A DNA stretch of 54,587 nucleotides, from NCBI RefSeq assembly GCF_006345805.1, contig NW_021826282.1:1-54587 (forward strand). Reading direction: 5' to 3'. This DNA comes from Octopus sinensis (lineage: Eukaryota). The notes under the pieces were generated by a model. It was not told the origin of the DNA. It searched no databases and saw nothing but the letters and a program-made list of their open reading frames with translations. Position 1 is the first letter of the stretch; each line of letters opens with the position of its first letter. Below, in pieces: positions 40,519-53,335 of this stretch. Both the position numbers and the translations under genes were made by a program.

Positions 40519-41771
40519 GCGTATGTGTATAGTATTATATATATATATATATACATATACACATATACACATATATGTATATATATAAATATATAAGCTT
40601 CTGTGTACTAGTGTGTGTATGCGTGTATACGTACATATATGCAGGCATATATACATGCATACATACATACATACATGCATACATGCATGCATACATACAT
40701 ACATACATACATACATACATACATACATACATACTACATATATGCAGGCATATATACATACATATATGGAGGCATATATACATACATACATATATGCAGA
40801 CATATATACATGCATACATACATACATACATACATACATACATACATACATACATACTGGGTGGTACAAAGATAGTTAAGTATAATGTGAACATAATACA
40901 AATATATATGGAAAAACGGAAAACGTTGAAACGCAGCAATGGAGTAACATATAGACAAACAAAAAGGAAAAGGACAGCTTGTGACCAGTTAGAACCGGAC
41001 GAATAGTTTTGTCAGATGTGATAAAATCATGTGTAATTACATTGCGAGTCCCAGAATACCGTGATATATAGAAAAACTTCGCTGGTCACTTTTGACGTCG
41101 ACCAATGCTCTTAGCAATTGTCTTTGTTGGGGTCAAGGGGCCAGATCCCCCTTTATTAGGCGGACATACACTCGCCGCTACAACACAAAACACACAAACA
41201 CAAGAAACACAGTTTCTCACAAACGAACAGAGCAAAGTATATATATGTGTGTGTGTGTGTGTATACACATATATACATATATAGCGGGAGTTATATGGAT
41301 ATACAAATGTAAAAAATGTATGTATGTCTACTATTTATACACACATATACATATATACATACATATGTATATATATATATATATAATATATATATAATAT
41401 ATATATACATATAGACATATAATATATATGTACATACATATATTATAATATCTATATATATATATATAATTATATATTATAATATATACATACGTACATG
41501 AAGAGATATGTTGCTGGTTTCCACACACATAGACTGAGTTATTTATCTATTTATCTATCTATATATATGTATATATATATATATATATATATCTATAATG
41601 TAATATATATATATATATAGATATATATATATATATATATATATGTTGTTTGTGTGTGTGTGGTGTATGTATGTATATATGTATGTATGTAAAATCGATG
41701 TCATATATTTGCCATGAGTTCGATGAGTTTTGTATTTCTGAAGCGTAGTGGTTTCGTGTCTGTGGGTGTGG

Positions 41772-41806
<35 letters not shown>

Positions 41807-41895
41807 GTGGTTTCTTTGTGCTTGTGTTTGTATGTGTGAGTACGCATGTGCATTCTTAAGTGTATATCTCATTGTGCTTTTTTGTGTTTTCCCGT

Positions 41896-43192
41896 GTGTG
41901 ACTATGCGTATATTATATTCGCATGCAATATTTTCGTTTTCCACTGTACTGTTTTGTATATACGAACACATGAATTAGAGGCGTGTATACCAGTGCATAT
42001 AAATGTATAGTTTATTATTTCTAATAAATCAGGTGACCACACGGATACCCTGGTCTTGGTTTCTATAGCTGATGCCTATATCACTTGCTATTACTGAGAT
42101 GATAAAGAATGGAACAGTTTTCGTCTAACGACCCCTTTACAACATACAAACGAAACATCGGGTGCTCTTCTATTCCGCAGCAAGCTGAGATCTGTGGCAG
42201 TCAAAATCTTCAAATCACAACCTACCGTCTAAAATGGGATAAAACCCATTAGATGATGTCGAACCTGTTGCGTAGCAGTATTTCTTCCGATCCCTTATGT
42301 TCCCCGTTCAAATCCTACCCAAGTCGATTTTGCATTTCGGATTCGTTAAGATAAAGTAACAATCAAATACTGGGGTCCATGTAATCGCCCTATCCGCTTC
42401 CTTCAAACTTGCTGGACCTGAAACCTGTAATGATCCCCGGTGTCCCATTCGGGATAATTACCCACGGTCAATTACTTCGCACCACCATGGAAAGTAGGTA
42501 AACGGGCGTTTGTGCATTGGGCCTCGAGAAAAAAAAATCACGAAACGTTTTGAAGACTAGCATTGAAAAGTAAAGAAGAGGACCTTGATAGAATCTTTTG
42601 TAATATCGTCTGAGAAAGTTCCTTTCACATGCCTTGATGTAATAAGTCAGGAAGAATAAATGGAATAGTCGGTGTCGGATCGCATCTGGTCAAATGTCTG
42701 AACGGTCAACATCAACCCAGGGGTTAAAGTACAAAAATAACAGTGTCGTCTACACTGATACTCCGACCCCGAAATGCAAAATCGACTTGGGTAGGATTTG
42801 AACGGGGAACATAAAGGATCGGAAGAAATACTGCTACGCAACAGGTTCGACATCATCTAATGGGTTTTATCCCATTTTAGACGGTAGGTTGTGATTTGAA
42901 GGAGGTTTTGACTGCCACAGATCTCAGCTTGCTGCGGAATAGAAGAGCACCCGATGTTACGTTTGTATGTTGTAAAGAGGTCGTTAGACGAAAACTGTTC
43001 CGTTCTTTGTCATCTCAATAATAGCAAGTGATATTGGCATCAGCTATAGAAACTAAGACCAGGGTATCCATGTGGTCACCTGATTTATTAGAAATAACAA
43101 ACTATACATTTATATGCACTTATTATATACACACCTCCAGTTCAGCACAGGAGAAAACGAAATATTGCATGCGAATATACGCATAGTCACAC
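41896..43192. repeat. Long inverted repeat, arms 41896-42340 and 42769-43192, 428-bp spacer
   Basis: About 12 differences over the inner ~350 bp (~96-97%); the outer ~95 bp are more diverged, with indels. Confidence 0.95.
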
Positions 43193-43544
43193 CACCATTA
43201 ACAGCACTACTATTACCACCACCACCACCACCACCACCACCACACTAGCACCTCTACTTATATTACTACTACTAGTAAAACCAATGACTATAGCCTCTTC
43301 TTCATTGATATCTGTTTATGAACCAAACCCATAGCCGTCACTCGTAAATAGTTAACTTGCTAACATTGACAATGTTTTTGCTCACTGTTTTATGTGCCCA
43401 TCTAATCGCTATCAGATATACATCCGCTTCTCTACTCTGCCGGCCTTGATTCAAAGATGTATCGACTGGCTGTGTGGGTGGGGGGCACCACCATTTATTT
43501 CTATCTCATTCCAGTGGAATTGCCTTAAGAAAGAACAGAAAACG

Positions 43545-43600
43545 CACAGGAATCGAACCCACTTACATTTGTGTGTTGAGGGCAGTGCTATACTCCATTT
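43545..43600 (-). mobile_element. Isolated degenerate tRNA-derived SINE head
   Basis: The minus strand reads GGAGTATAGCAC...GTGGGTTCGATTCC (B box); no cloverleaf can be completed. Confidence 0.4.
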
Positions 43601-44129
43601 TCGAATGTAGTAGCCAACGAAGCTGCTCTTTAGCTGTTTCAGACCTTTTCACCGCGATCCCACAATCGATGTAGGCCACAAACCTACCCCAAAACATCAC
43701 GAGCTCAATCGAATCAGATGTTGCGATTCTAGGACAAATGTTTCCTCAAAGCTCGATCTTTCACCGTCTTGCATAATAACCTGAGGATAATACTAAGACA
43801 ATAGTTTAAACTGCAGATCCGTCCGAGGCAGAATTGGGGGTCGGGGCGAGGGGGGGGGGCGTACATAAAGTGCATAACTAAATACCGCAATGCATATTAT
43901 TGGAAGTTCTATCAGGTCTTGTAGTTAAAAAACATAAAATTATGCTGTGATAGGTGTTTATGTTACCAAGAACATCTCACCTCCTATTTACTCTTCCTCA
44001 CTAATTCTAAGAATAATATTTTCCATTAGTAATTATTTCAAGAACAAATAAAAATTTCTTCTATTTCTTCTCTTTTACTCTTTCACTCCAGCCGTCACTC
44101 CAAGACTTAACTCACTCTCTTTTGCACAC

Positions 44130-44191
44130 TTTAATATCTTTCTTTCCCTCTATTTCTTCCTTTGTTCCCTTCTTTCTTCCTTTCTTTCTTC

Positions 44192-44249
<58 letters not shown>

Positions 44250-44656
44250 CAACCGTAAACGCCTCTCTTCCTCCTCCTCTCTACCATTTCTTTCATTACT
44301 TAATATCAACTGTTTTCTATCACTCTCATTTTCTCTCTCACTCACTCACTCACTCACTCACCCCTACACTCTTCCTCGGTCACTCACCCAACCTCCAACG
44401 CACTCATACCCGACTACAATCACTTACTCCTTCAACTCGACACTTATCTTCCCTTCAATCATCCTCTTCCACCCTCATTTTATGTCTCTTCTTTCTACCA
44501 CTTCTTCTCTATTACCTTTCTCTCTCTCGCTACTCTATGCCTCTCCTCTCTCTCTACGCTTGCTCTTCCTACCCCTCTATGTCTCTTCTTTCTACCTCTC
44601 ATTTTCTCTCTTTCTCAATGACTACATTTTGTCTCTTACTATCCCAGTGCACACGC

Positions 44657-44687
<31 letters not shown>

Positions 44688-44875
44688 CACACACGCACAC
44701 ACACACAAACACATATACATGTTCATGTATACATGTACACAGAATCTGCCCTTTCTCTCTTTCACTCTCCTTCTCTCTTCTCTTCTCTTGCACTCTTCTC
44801 ATTGCGAGTGTTTCCTCCTCTCCTCTCACTTTTCCTTATACCTTCTCTCAAAAATTTCACTGCACAAATCTCATT

Positions 44876-44963
<88 letters not shown>

Positions 44964-45209
44964 TCTATCTTTTATTATTTATCTCTCTATCTCTATCTAT
45001 CTATCTATTTATTTATTTATCTCTCTATCTCTATCTCTCTATCTATCTACCTCTCTATCTATCTATCTATCTCCTATCTATCTATCTATCTATCTATCTA
45101 TTATTATTAATCTCTCTATCTCTATCTATCTATCTATCTATTCCTCTCTATCTATCTCTCATCTATCTACCTCTTATCTATCTATCATCTATCTATCTAT
45201 CATCTATCT

Positions 45210-45248
<39 letters not shown>

Positions 45249-45412
45249 ATCTATCTACATCTATCTTTCTTTCTCTCTTTCTTTCTGCCTTCCTTTGTTT
45301 GTTCCTTTCTTTTTGGTCTCTCTCTCTCTCTCTCTCTTGTTATTTCGTTTCTTCCTTTCCTTCCCCCACTCTCTTTATTCTTTATTTCCTCTTTCGTCCT
45401 TTCTCTATCACT

Positions 45413-45447
<35 letters not shown>

Positions 45448-45600
45448 TTTCCTCCACTTTCGCTGCCTCTATCGACAATTTCATTACACAGCCTTCACTG
45501 TCCACCCTCCACCCGCCCTCTCTCCCCATCTCCCTCGCCAAAACTCTTTCCCTTTCTCCCCTTCTCCCCCCTAACCATTCTGCCCACTTTATCCTAATCC
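44130..45600. repeat. Pyrimidine-rich low-complexity block, (CTTT)n/(CT)n/(TCTA)n
   Basis: Direct inspection; source of the 491- and 470-aa pseudo-ORFs. Confidence 0.9.
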
Positions 45601-46182
45601 TGTTTTCTCACTTCAAAGTTCCTTTTACCGTGTGATAACCATTTTTATTCTTCATCTCATTCCTGTTGCAACTTTGATTTTTTACCATCTTCCATTCTCA
45701 CGGGATTTCTTCTTAATGTCCTACATTTCCCGTCACATCACAACACTCTTTCACCACACTCTGCTACACTACTACCGCACACAATACAACACCACACTGC
45801 GCCATACTACATCAATAAACATTACACGACAAACCACATCGTGCTACATCACATACTACTCCCTACTCTGCACTATGCAACAAAACTACAACATCCTGCA
45901 CGCGCCTCGCCACACTAAATACAGCTCACTGTACTACATCCCAACTCACTTCAGATCGTCAATGCACTACACACCACCACGCAACACTTTACCACTCTAC
46001 ATCACAATATATGACACTTACATGGCACCACAATGCAATACACCACTCCATACAATACGTCATACAACACCGCACAACGCTACACCACACAGCACCACAC
46101 TGCACCGCCCACACATTACACCTCCTCCATTCTACACGTCCAACACACCATACCTCCACCACACTACACTTCCACCATTCTT

Positions 46183-46413
46183 ATTTCTTTATTGCCCACA
46201 AGGGGCTAAACATAGAGGGGACAAACAAGGACAGACAAAGGGATTAAGTCGATTACATCGACCCCAATGCGTAACAGGTACTTAATTAATCGACCCCGAA
46301 ATGATGAAAGGCAAAGTCGACCTCGGAGGAGTTTGAACTCAGAACGTAACGGCAAACGAAATACCGCTAAACATTTCTTCCTGCGTGCTAACGACTCTGC
46401 CAGCCCGCCGCCT
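46183..46413 (-). mobile_element. SINE family B (AATAAAGAAAT-tail variant) inserted into a C/A-rich minisatellite
   Basis: ATTTCTTTATTGCCCACAAGGGGCTAAACATAGAGGGGACAAACAAGG...GAAAGGCAAAGTCGACC...CAGCCCGCCGCC. Confidence 0.9.
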
Positions 46414-47152
46414 TTCTACACACCTCCACCATTCTACACATTCATTACACAACGCCCCCACTCCACTATACCATCACCCCTCTACACATCCACCACACTA
46501 CACCTCCACCAACTATACCACCACCCCACTATAACTCCACCACACTATAACTCCACCACACTACACCTCCACCTACTACACCTTCACATACTATACCACC
46601 ACCCTCTACACTTCCACCAAACTGCACCTCCACCACACTACACCTCCACCACACTACACCTCCACCAAAGTACACCTCCACCACACTACACCTCCACCAC
46701 TCAACACCTCCACCTACTACACCACCACCTACTACACCACCACCTACTAAACCTCCACCACACTACACTTCCACCAAATTACACCTCCACCACACTACAC
46801 CTCCACCTTCTGCATCTCGCCCCACTACACGTCCACCCCACTACACCCCCACCCAACTACATCTCCACCTTCTACACCTCCACCCGCTACACCTCTACCA
46901 CACTACACCTCCACCACACTACACCTCCACCACACTACACCTCCACCACACTACATCTCCACCTTCTGCACCTCGCCCCACTACACGTCCACCCCACTAC
47001 ACCCCCACCCAGCTACATATCCACCTTCTACACCTCCACCCTCTACACATCCACCACACTACACCTCCACCAAATTACACCTCCACCTTCTGCACCTCCA
47101 CCCCACTACACCTCCATCTACAACACCTCCATCCTCAACACATCCACCACAC
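46414..47152. repeat. 16-bp minisatellite (CTCCACCACACTACAC)n with a ~156-bp higher-order duplication
   Basis: The unit recurs throughout; CTCCACCTTCTGCA.CTCGCCCCACTACACGTCCACCCCACTACACCCCCACCCA appears at ~46801 and ~46957. Confidence 0.9.
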
Positions 47153-48947
47153 TATCGGGGGTTGATAAAATAAGTACCAGTCGCATACTGGGGTCGATGT
47201 AATCGACTCACCCCCACCCTCCACCTCCCCCAAGATGTCCTTCTGGCAAACATTTGAAATCATTATTCTCCTGCCATACACCGTCGTCCTACAGAAGCAG
47301 ACATTTCCATACAAAACTCTGTCTCATCTGCATAACCACACCACTCTCTCTCTCTCTCTCTCTAATTTCCCTCTTTCTCCTCTCCCTCTCCTCTCCCTCT
47401 CTCCTCTCCCTCTCTCCTCTCTTTCTCTTCTCTCTCTCTCTCTCTCTCTTTCCTCTCTCCTCTTTCTCCCTTGTTCTCTTTCTCTCTATCTATATATTCC
47501 TTTCTCTTCCTCTCTCTTTATGCATCTCTGTATTTCTCACTCTTTCTCTCTCAGAAGTTCGTCCACCCCACAAAAAAGAAAAAAAAAAGTTAAATTTCAA
47601 TTAAAAAGCAAAACATTAAATTAATTCCACGTCTGACGTTTTAAAACATTTTGTTTTTGCCCAGATGCAATTGGTTCTCGAAGATCAGAAAATGGTAAAG
47701 AAGCTGCAATGGTGGAGAGACTGATGCGATGTATAAAGAATTTAGAATACAATTGAACTGACAATAAATGACTCTGTCTCTCTCCCCCTCTCTCTCTCTC
47801 TCTCTCTCCATTTCTCTTTTTCTTTCTCCCTGTCTTTGTCTCTCCCTCGCTTTCCCTCTTTATTTTTCTCTCCATTCTCCTACTTTAATAGCTTTCATTT
47901 AACATGTTTATCACCAACACCACAACCACCTCCGCCGTCACCACCGCCGCCGCCACACCAGCGTTTTCGGCAGCATGGATTTTATCGTTTTTTGTGGTGT
48001 TGCTATCATCATCATCATCATCATCATCATTGTGTGTGTGTGTGTGTGTGTCCTCGCAACCTTCATTCTCTAAAAATGCGCAACAAAAGAACTCAATTTT
48101 CCTTGGCCATTGTCGATAAAAACAACAAAAACAAACCCGTAATTTACAGTATTTTCTTTCGTTTTTATGATGATCTTTTTTTTTTTTTAAAGTTGAATTG
48201 CATAAAAACCAAGAGATTTATCGCATTTCGTTAAGGGAGGTTTTTATAATAATATCATTGGATTGCTGTAAACGGTTCGTTCGGATTAATGATGTGATAA
48301 AAAATAAAATTCAGCACATAAAAAAAAACATAACTTAATAACAAAGAAAATAAGATAAGATAAAACACAAACATGGCTTTCTTTATAATTTAAACGAGAA
48401 CTTTTAAAAAAGGAATGGTATCATGGATTTGCTGGTAATCTTGTTAAAAACCTCCTGGAATAATCTCTCTGTAGATTTGAAATAAAAGCCGATGTTAGGC
48501 GTTAGCTATGCCCAGTCCAAAACATCGCTTTCGATTAAGAGAAAAAAATAGAAGCAAATTCTTCGTTCTGTTTTCTTCTTCTTTATAATCCTTTTACGTT
48601 CAAATTCCCTCCATGGTCAAATATGTCTTTCAATGTTATCGGGTCCATTAAATAAAGTAACTGTCAATAGGGGGCGATTAACTTGATTGCTTCAAACTCA
48701 TTCTTAAACACATGGATTCGGAATTCAAGGCCGTTTGCCTTCCTGGCTAATTTATTATCGTTGTGGCTGAAAAGGTATATTGTTGCGAAAAATACGTATT
48801 GCGTTACGCCCCTTTATATTCCCAGTTCATATTCTGACCAAACTTAATTTTAAAGTCAATCGTCATAGAAGCAATGAAATTATTTTCCTGTAAAAAATTG
48901 AAATTAATGATCACTTTACTTTCTCAGATCAAATCCTGCAACGTCAA

Positions 48948-49018
48948 ATTATTCATTTATACTTGTGAGGTCAATTGAATACATTATTCAATTGACCCCA
49001 CAAGTATAAATGAATAAT
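48948..49018. repeat. Near-perfect hairpin: 34-bp stem, 3-nt loop
   Basis: ATTATTCATTTATACTTGTGAGGTCAATTGAATA-CAT-TATTCAATTGACCCCACAAGTATAAATGAATAAT; one mismatch, 48968A/48998C. Confidence 0.95.
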
Positions 49019-49726
49019 CGCCAATGAAGTGTCTCTAAAATAATGGAAGCACAATCAAATCGATTGTTTCAATCTATATTTAAACACATAAATTTAAAAC
49101 GGGTGGTTGAAGGGTTACTGCGCATCAGCCGGAGTAGACATTGCGTACCCCATAGTTATACCCCACTACGTTCTGAACACGACCAATGACAACTTCACCT
49201 GCGATCGATAAATCTGAGATCGTATTAAAAAAAGAGATTCACGTCTATGTATGTTTCGTTCGTCTTAGTTGCTTCACGTTCTAGGTTCAAATCCCTGCAA
49301 AGCCACTTCGAATGGTTACTTAGTTAATTAGTTTAATTAACTGACAAATATTTTTTAAATGAAGTTATATAGAACTTGTGTGTGTGTTAATGACCCACTC
49401 GAGATACAGCTTCAGTTTCAACACATGATTTCTGGTGTATGTGTGTGTGTACATATGTGTATGTATGTGTATGAGAGAAAAAGAGAGTGAGGAGAGAGAG
49501 AGAGAAGATGTGTGTGTGTGTGTGTGCACGTGTGTGTGTGAGCGCGCACGTGTGCGTCTGCTTAATCGACTGTGATTATGTGCCCTCGTACCTCTTGGTA
49601 TCAAATCCCTCCGTAATTCTAATTATTTGCAAATGATGTTGCACTTGCACTTACGGAATCGAAAAATGAGTTCGACTCTCACGTGAGTCCAGAATAATTA
49701 CGATGTTTTGATGTTGGTTTCTTTCT

Positions 49727-49862
49727 CATCACAACATCATAACTTCATCGAAGGCCGCCATTTTCCTTGCAATGTTCGAACTGAAGGAAGAAAATTCAGC
49801 GCAAGCATATCAAGGATTCTCGTGCCACATTAAAGCCGTCATCGAAACTGAAGGGCGGCTTC
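49727..49862 (+). mobile_element. C-terminal remnant of a Tc1/mariner-superfamily transposase (maT/DD37D-like end)
   Basis: In-frame HHNIITSSKAAIFLAMFELKEENSAQAYQGFSCHIKAVIETEG resembles the terminal pattern HN...SLKAAI..A...L......RAC..F..RI.AVI.AEG. No TIRs were found. Confidence 0.5.
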
Positions 49863-50064
49863 ACAGAAATAATATTTTACAAGAAAGATTATCGAGGCAG
49901 CACGTGCACAAATTTCTTGTTAAAGTACATTTCGTTTGGCCACTTTAGAATTATTTATAAAAGTACCAAATATATCTTCAAATAACTCGTCCATCGTGTA
50001 TCTGCAAAATCCTACAAAATTCTATATACAATCATTCTTGTTATTTCTAAAATTTCATGAGCGC

Positions 50065-50363
50065 AGGCGCAGGCATGGCCGTCTGATGAGAAGCTTGCTC
50101 CCCAACCACGGGGTCCCGGATTCACTCCGACTGCGTGAAGCGTTGGCGATGTGTCTTCTACAACAGCCTCGGGTCGAGCAAAGCCTTGCGGGAGGATTTG
50201 GTAGACAGAAACTGAAAGACCACCATATTTATACATAGATATATGTGTGGGTGTGTGTGTGTGTGTGGTGTGTGTGTGTGACTAACTGTGTCAGTGTGTG
50301 TGCGTGCGCCTGTGCTTGTCCCCCTCCACTATGTACAACCGGTATTGGTGTGTTTACGTCCAC
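50065..50363 (+). mobile_element. SINE family A, 3'-truncated copy
   Basis: GGCGCAGGCATGGCC...GGATTTGGTAGACAGAAACTGAAAGAC plus the internal microsatellite; the tail is missing. Confidence 0.8.
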
Positions 50364-50558
50364 GAAAACAATTGTAATGGTTTTGAATAAAGATCATCGT
50401 GAATTTCATTTTCTGGATTTGATCCATATATATATATATATATCGGCTGTTTTTTTCTACGATCCCTTTTGATCAAAATTCGACCCACTTTTTTCTCACA
50501 CCCCCCCTTCGTATTTTGTCACGTCTGTGTTCAGCCCTGTGTGGCCAATAACGAAACA

Positions 50559-50592
<34 letters not shown>

Positions 50593-50624
50593 CCTATCTA
50601 TCTATTTATCTATATATGTATATA

Positions 50625-50665
<41 letters not shown>

Positions 50666-51421
50666 GTGCGCACACACACACGCATACACACACATATACA
50701 CACACAGATATATGTGTGTATATATATGTATATATGATATATATATATATGCATAACATATATGTATATATATACGTATGTATGATATATATATGGATAT
50801 ATATATATATGTATGGATATATTTGTATATATGTGTGTATATATATATATATATATACGTGCATATTTGCACGTGGGTATCTGTAAACATGAGTGTGTGT
50901 GTGTGTGTGTGCGTGCCTTGACGTGCGTGGGCGCGCATGCGCGCGCATGCGCGTCTGTGTTGAATCTTCTCAGTTGCTTTTGCCGTTGTTTTTTTTTTGT
51001 TTGTTATTTTCCTCCTCTGCATTTTTCAATCTAACAATTTTTTCATTTCATTGTTAAATTTTGTAGCAATTTTTATTATTCTTATCCTTATTTTATTATT
51101 CTTATCCTGTTACTTTTATTATTTTCATTCATATTTTTTCTACATGCAACGATTTTTTTTCTTAAACTTCACTTACATATTGAATGTGACAAAAATAACA
51201 ACAACTTTCGACATATACACACATATATAGACAAGCAGGCACACACAGAAACGCAGAGACACGTATAAGCCTTACAATGGGAGACATAAACATCCACCAC
51301 AGCACACGGATGGGGGTTCGTTTATTTACTGCGACCAGAAGGAGTTAAATAAAAAATGAAGAACGCATACAAGCACATACGAGTATAAGTTGCTGTGAGA
51401 CAGGCGTTCACTTCCAATACG

Positions 51422-51465
<44 letters not shown>

Positions 51466-51680
51466 TATATACGTGAGTGTGTGTATGTATATATATATAT
51501 ATATAGACAGCATATATTTGTATGCACTATGTTTTATATATGTACACGCACACACACACACATATATATATATATATACGTATACATATATATGTGTGCA
51601 TATATATAGACATATATACACACACTCATATATATATACTTATATACGTGTATATATATATATATGAATGTATATGTGTG

Positions 51681-51719
<39 letters not shown>

Positions 51720-52332
51720 GAATGTTTATGTGTATATATATATATATATATGAATGTATATGTGTGTATATATATATATATACATTTATGCATACACACA
51801 CAGAATAAGACAGTGAACACACATAGACATATGTATGCATATAGGTATTAGGTATGTCTGCATGTATGTATGTAAGTATGTATGTATAAAGTTTGTACTT
51901 ATTTGAATATATAAACATTCAAAGAGAAAACAGAAATTATTTACGTTTAAGCACAAAATTTCTACTTGTAAAAAATGTAGATGAGAAAAAGTAAACAGAG
52001 AGACAGAGAGAGAGAGAGTGAGAGAGAGAGAGAGAGAGAGAAAGAGTTAAATGGTGAAAATGCGAGAAAGGCTGAAGGTGACGTGTTTTTTCTGTGAGAT
52101 TGTGTAAATTTTTTCCCTCTGCCTCTGACGGCTTGTAAGTCATAAGGCAGGGAGTGGAGGATCACCGTAGTGGCTGTGGTGGTGGTTGTGGTGATGGTGG
52201 TAGTGATGTCAATGTCGGTTGATGTAGTGGTTTTCTACATGGTTTGTCTTTGGAAGGAGAATGGAGGAGTTTCTGAAATATTTTCTTAGCAATCTGGCAC
52301 ATGTGCTTACATGGATTATAATTTCATTTGAA

Positions 52333-52369
<37 letters not shown>

Positions 52370-52432
52370 AAACTCACATACACAAACTCACACACACACA
52401 CTCACACATACACACACACACACACACATACT

Positions 52433-53193
52433 TTCATTCTTTTATTTGCTTTATTCATTTGATTGTGGCCATGCTGGAGCACAGCCTTTTAGTCGAACAA
52501 ATCGACCTCAGGACTTATTCTTTGTAAGCTTGGTACTTATTCTATCGGTCTCTTCTGCCGAACCGCTAGGTTACGGAGGCGTAAACACACCACCATCCGT
52601 TGTCAAGTAATGGTGGGGCACAAACACTCAACACACCACACACACCACCACACACACACACACAACACCACACACACACACACATATATACATTAATATG
52701 TATATATATATAATATATATACATATATATTATATTTAATACTATATATATAGGTTATAAAATGAGATAGGGGTTGAAAAATTCAACCCACCATGGGATA
52801 ACATATATCCAATATACTGCTAGATAGGTACCCAACAAACAATACATAGATGTTAAAAATTGCCAAGCAATTAGTTCATCTATTGTATTATATGGGCAAA
52901 GGTAATAATGCCTTTACTGATATGTAATGGTGTAATAAGTATTGATTGGGTATCATCTGATAGTTGATGTTTTATTGATTTAAGTATGTTTCTCCATTTT
53001 CTAATTTTGTAATATATATATATATTTATACATATATACGACGAGCTTCTTTCAATTTCCGTCTACCAAATCCACTGACAAGGCATTGGTCGGAACGAGG
53101 CCATAGCAGAAAACACTTGCCCAAGGTGCTACGCAGTGGTACTGAACACGGAACCATGTGGTTGGTAAGCAAGCTACTTACCACACAGCCACT
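52433..53193 (-). mobile_element. SINE family A interrupted by a ~300-bp AT-rich insertion in its internal (TA)n tract
   Basis: Tail half 52433-52690 and head half 53035-53193 (GACGAGCTTCTTTCAATTTCCGTCTACCAAATCC...CCACACAGCCACT) flank unrelated sequence at about 52750-53005 that is bounded by (TA)n. Confidence 0.8.
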
Positions 53194-53335
53194 TATTGAC
53201 ATACAATTCATGAGTAATACATACATGCATATATAAAATTTAGATTCAGATGTATATGGTACTTGAGTTGAGGACCAGAATTTAGTATGGTATTATCCAT
53301 ACAATTTCAAAGTAAGGTGATTAAAATCAAAATAA

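Noticed and set aside
44122-45597. 491- and 470-aa ORFs
   Set aside because: Products of pyrimidine-rich and (TCTA)n tracts that cannot form stops on the + strand.
46414-47152. Regularly spaced repeats reminiscent of a CRISPR array or telomeric tract
   Set aside because: No unique spacers, no cas genes and eukaryotic context; not (TTAGGG)n.
46267-47202. 311-aa Pro/Thr/His-rich, extensin- or mucin-like ORF
   Set aside because: It begins inside a reverse-oriented SINE-B and runs through a 16-bp minisatellite whose period is not a multiple of 3.
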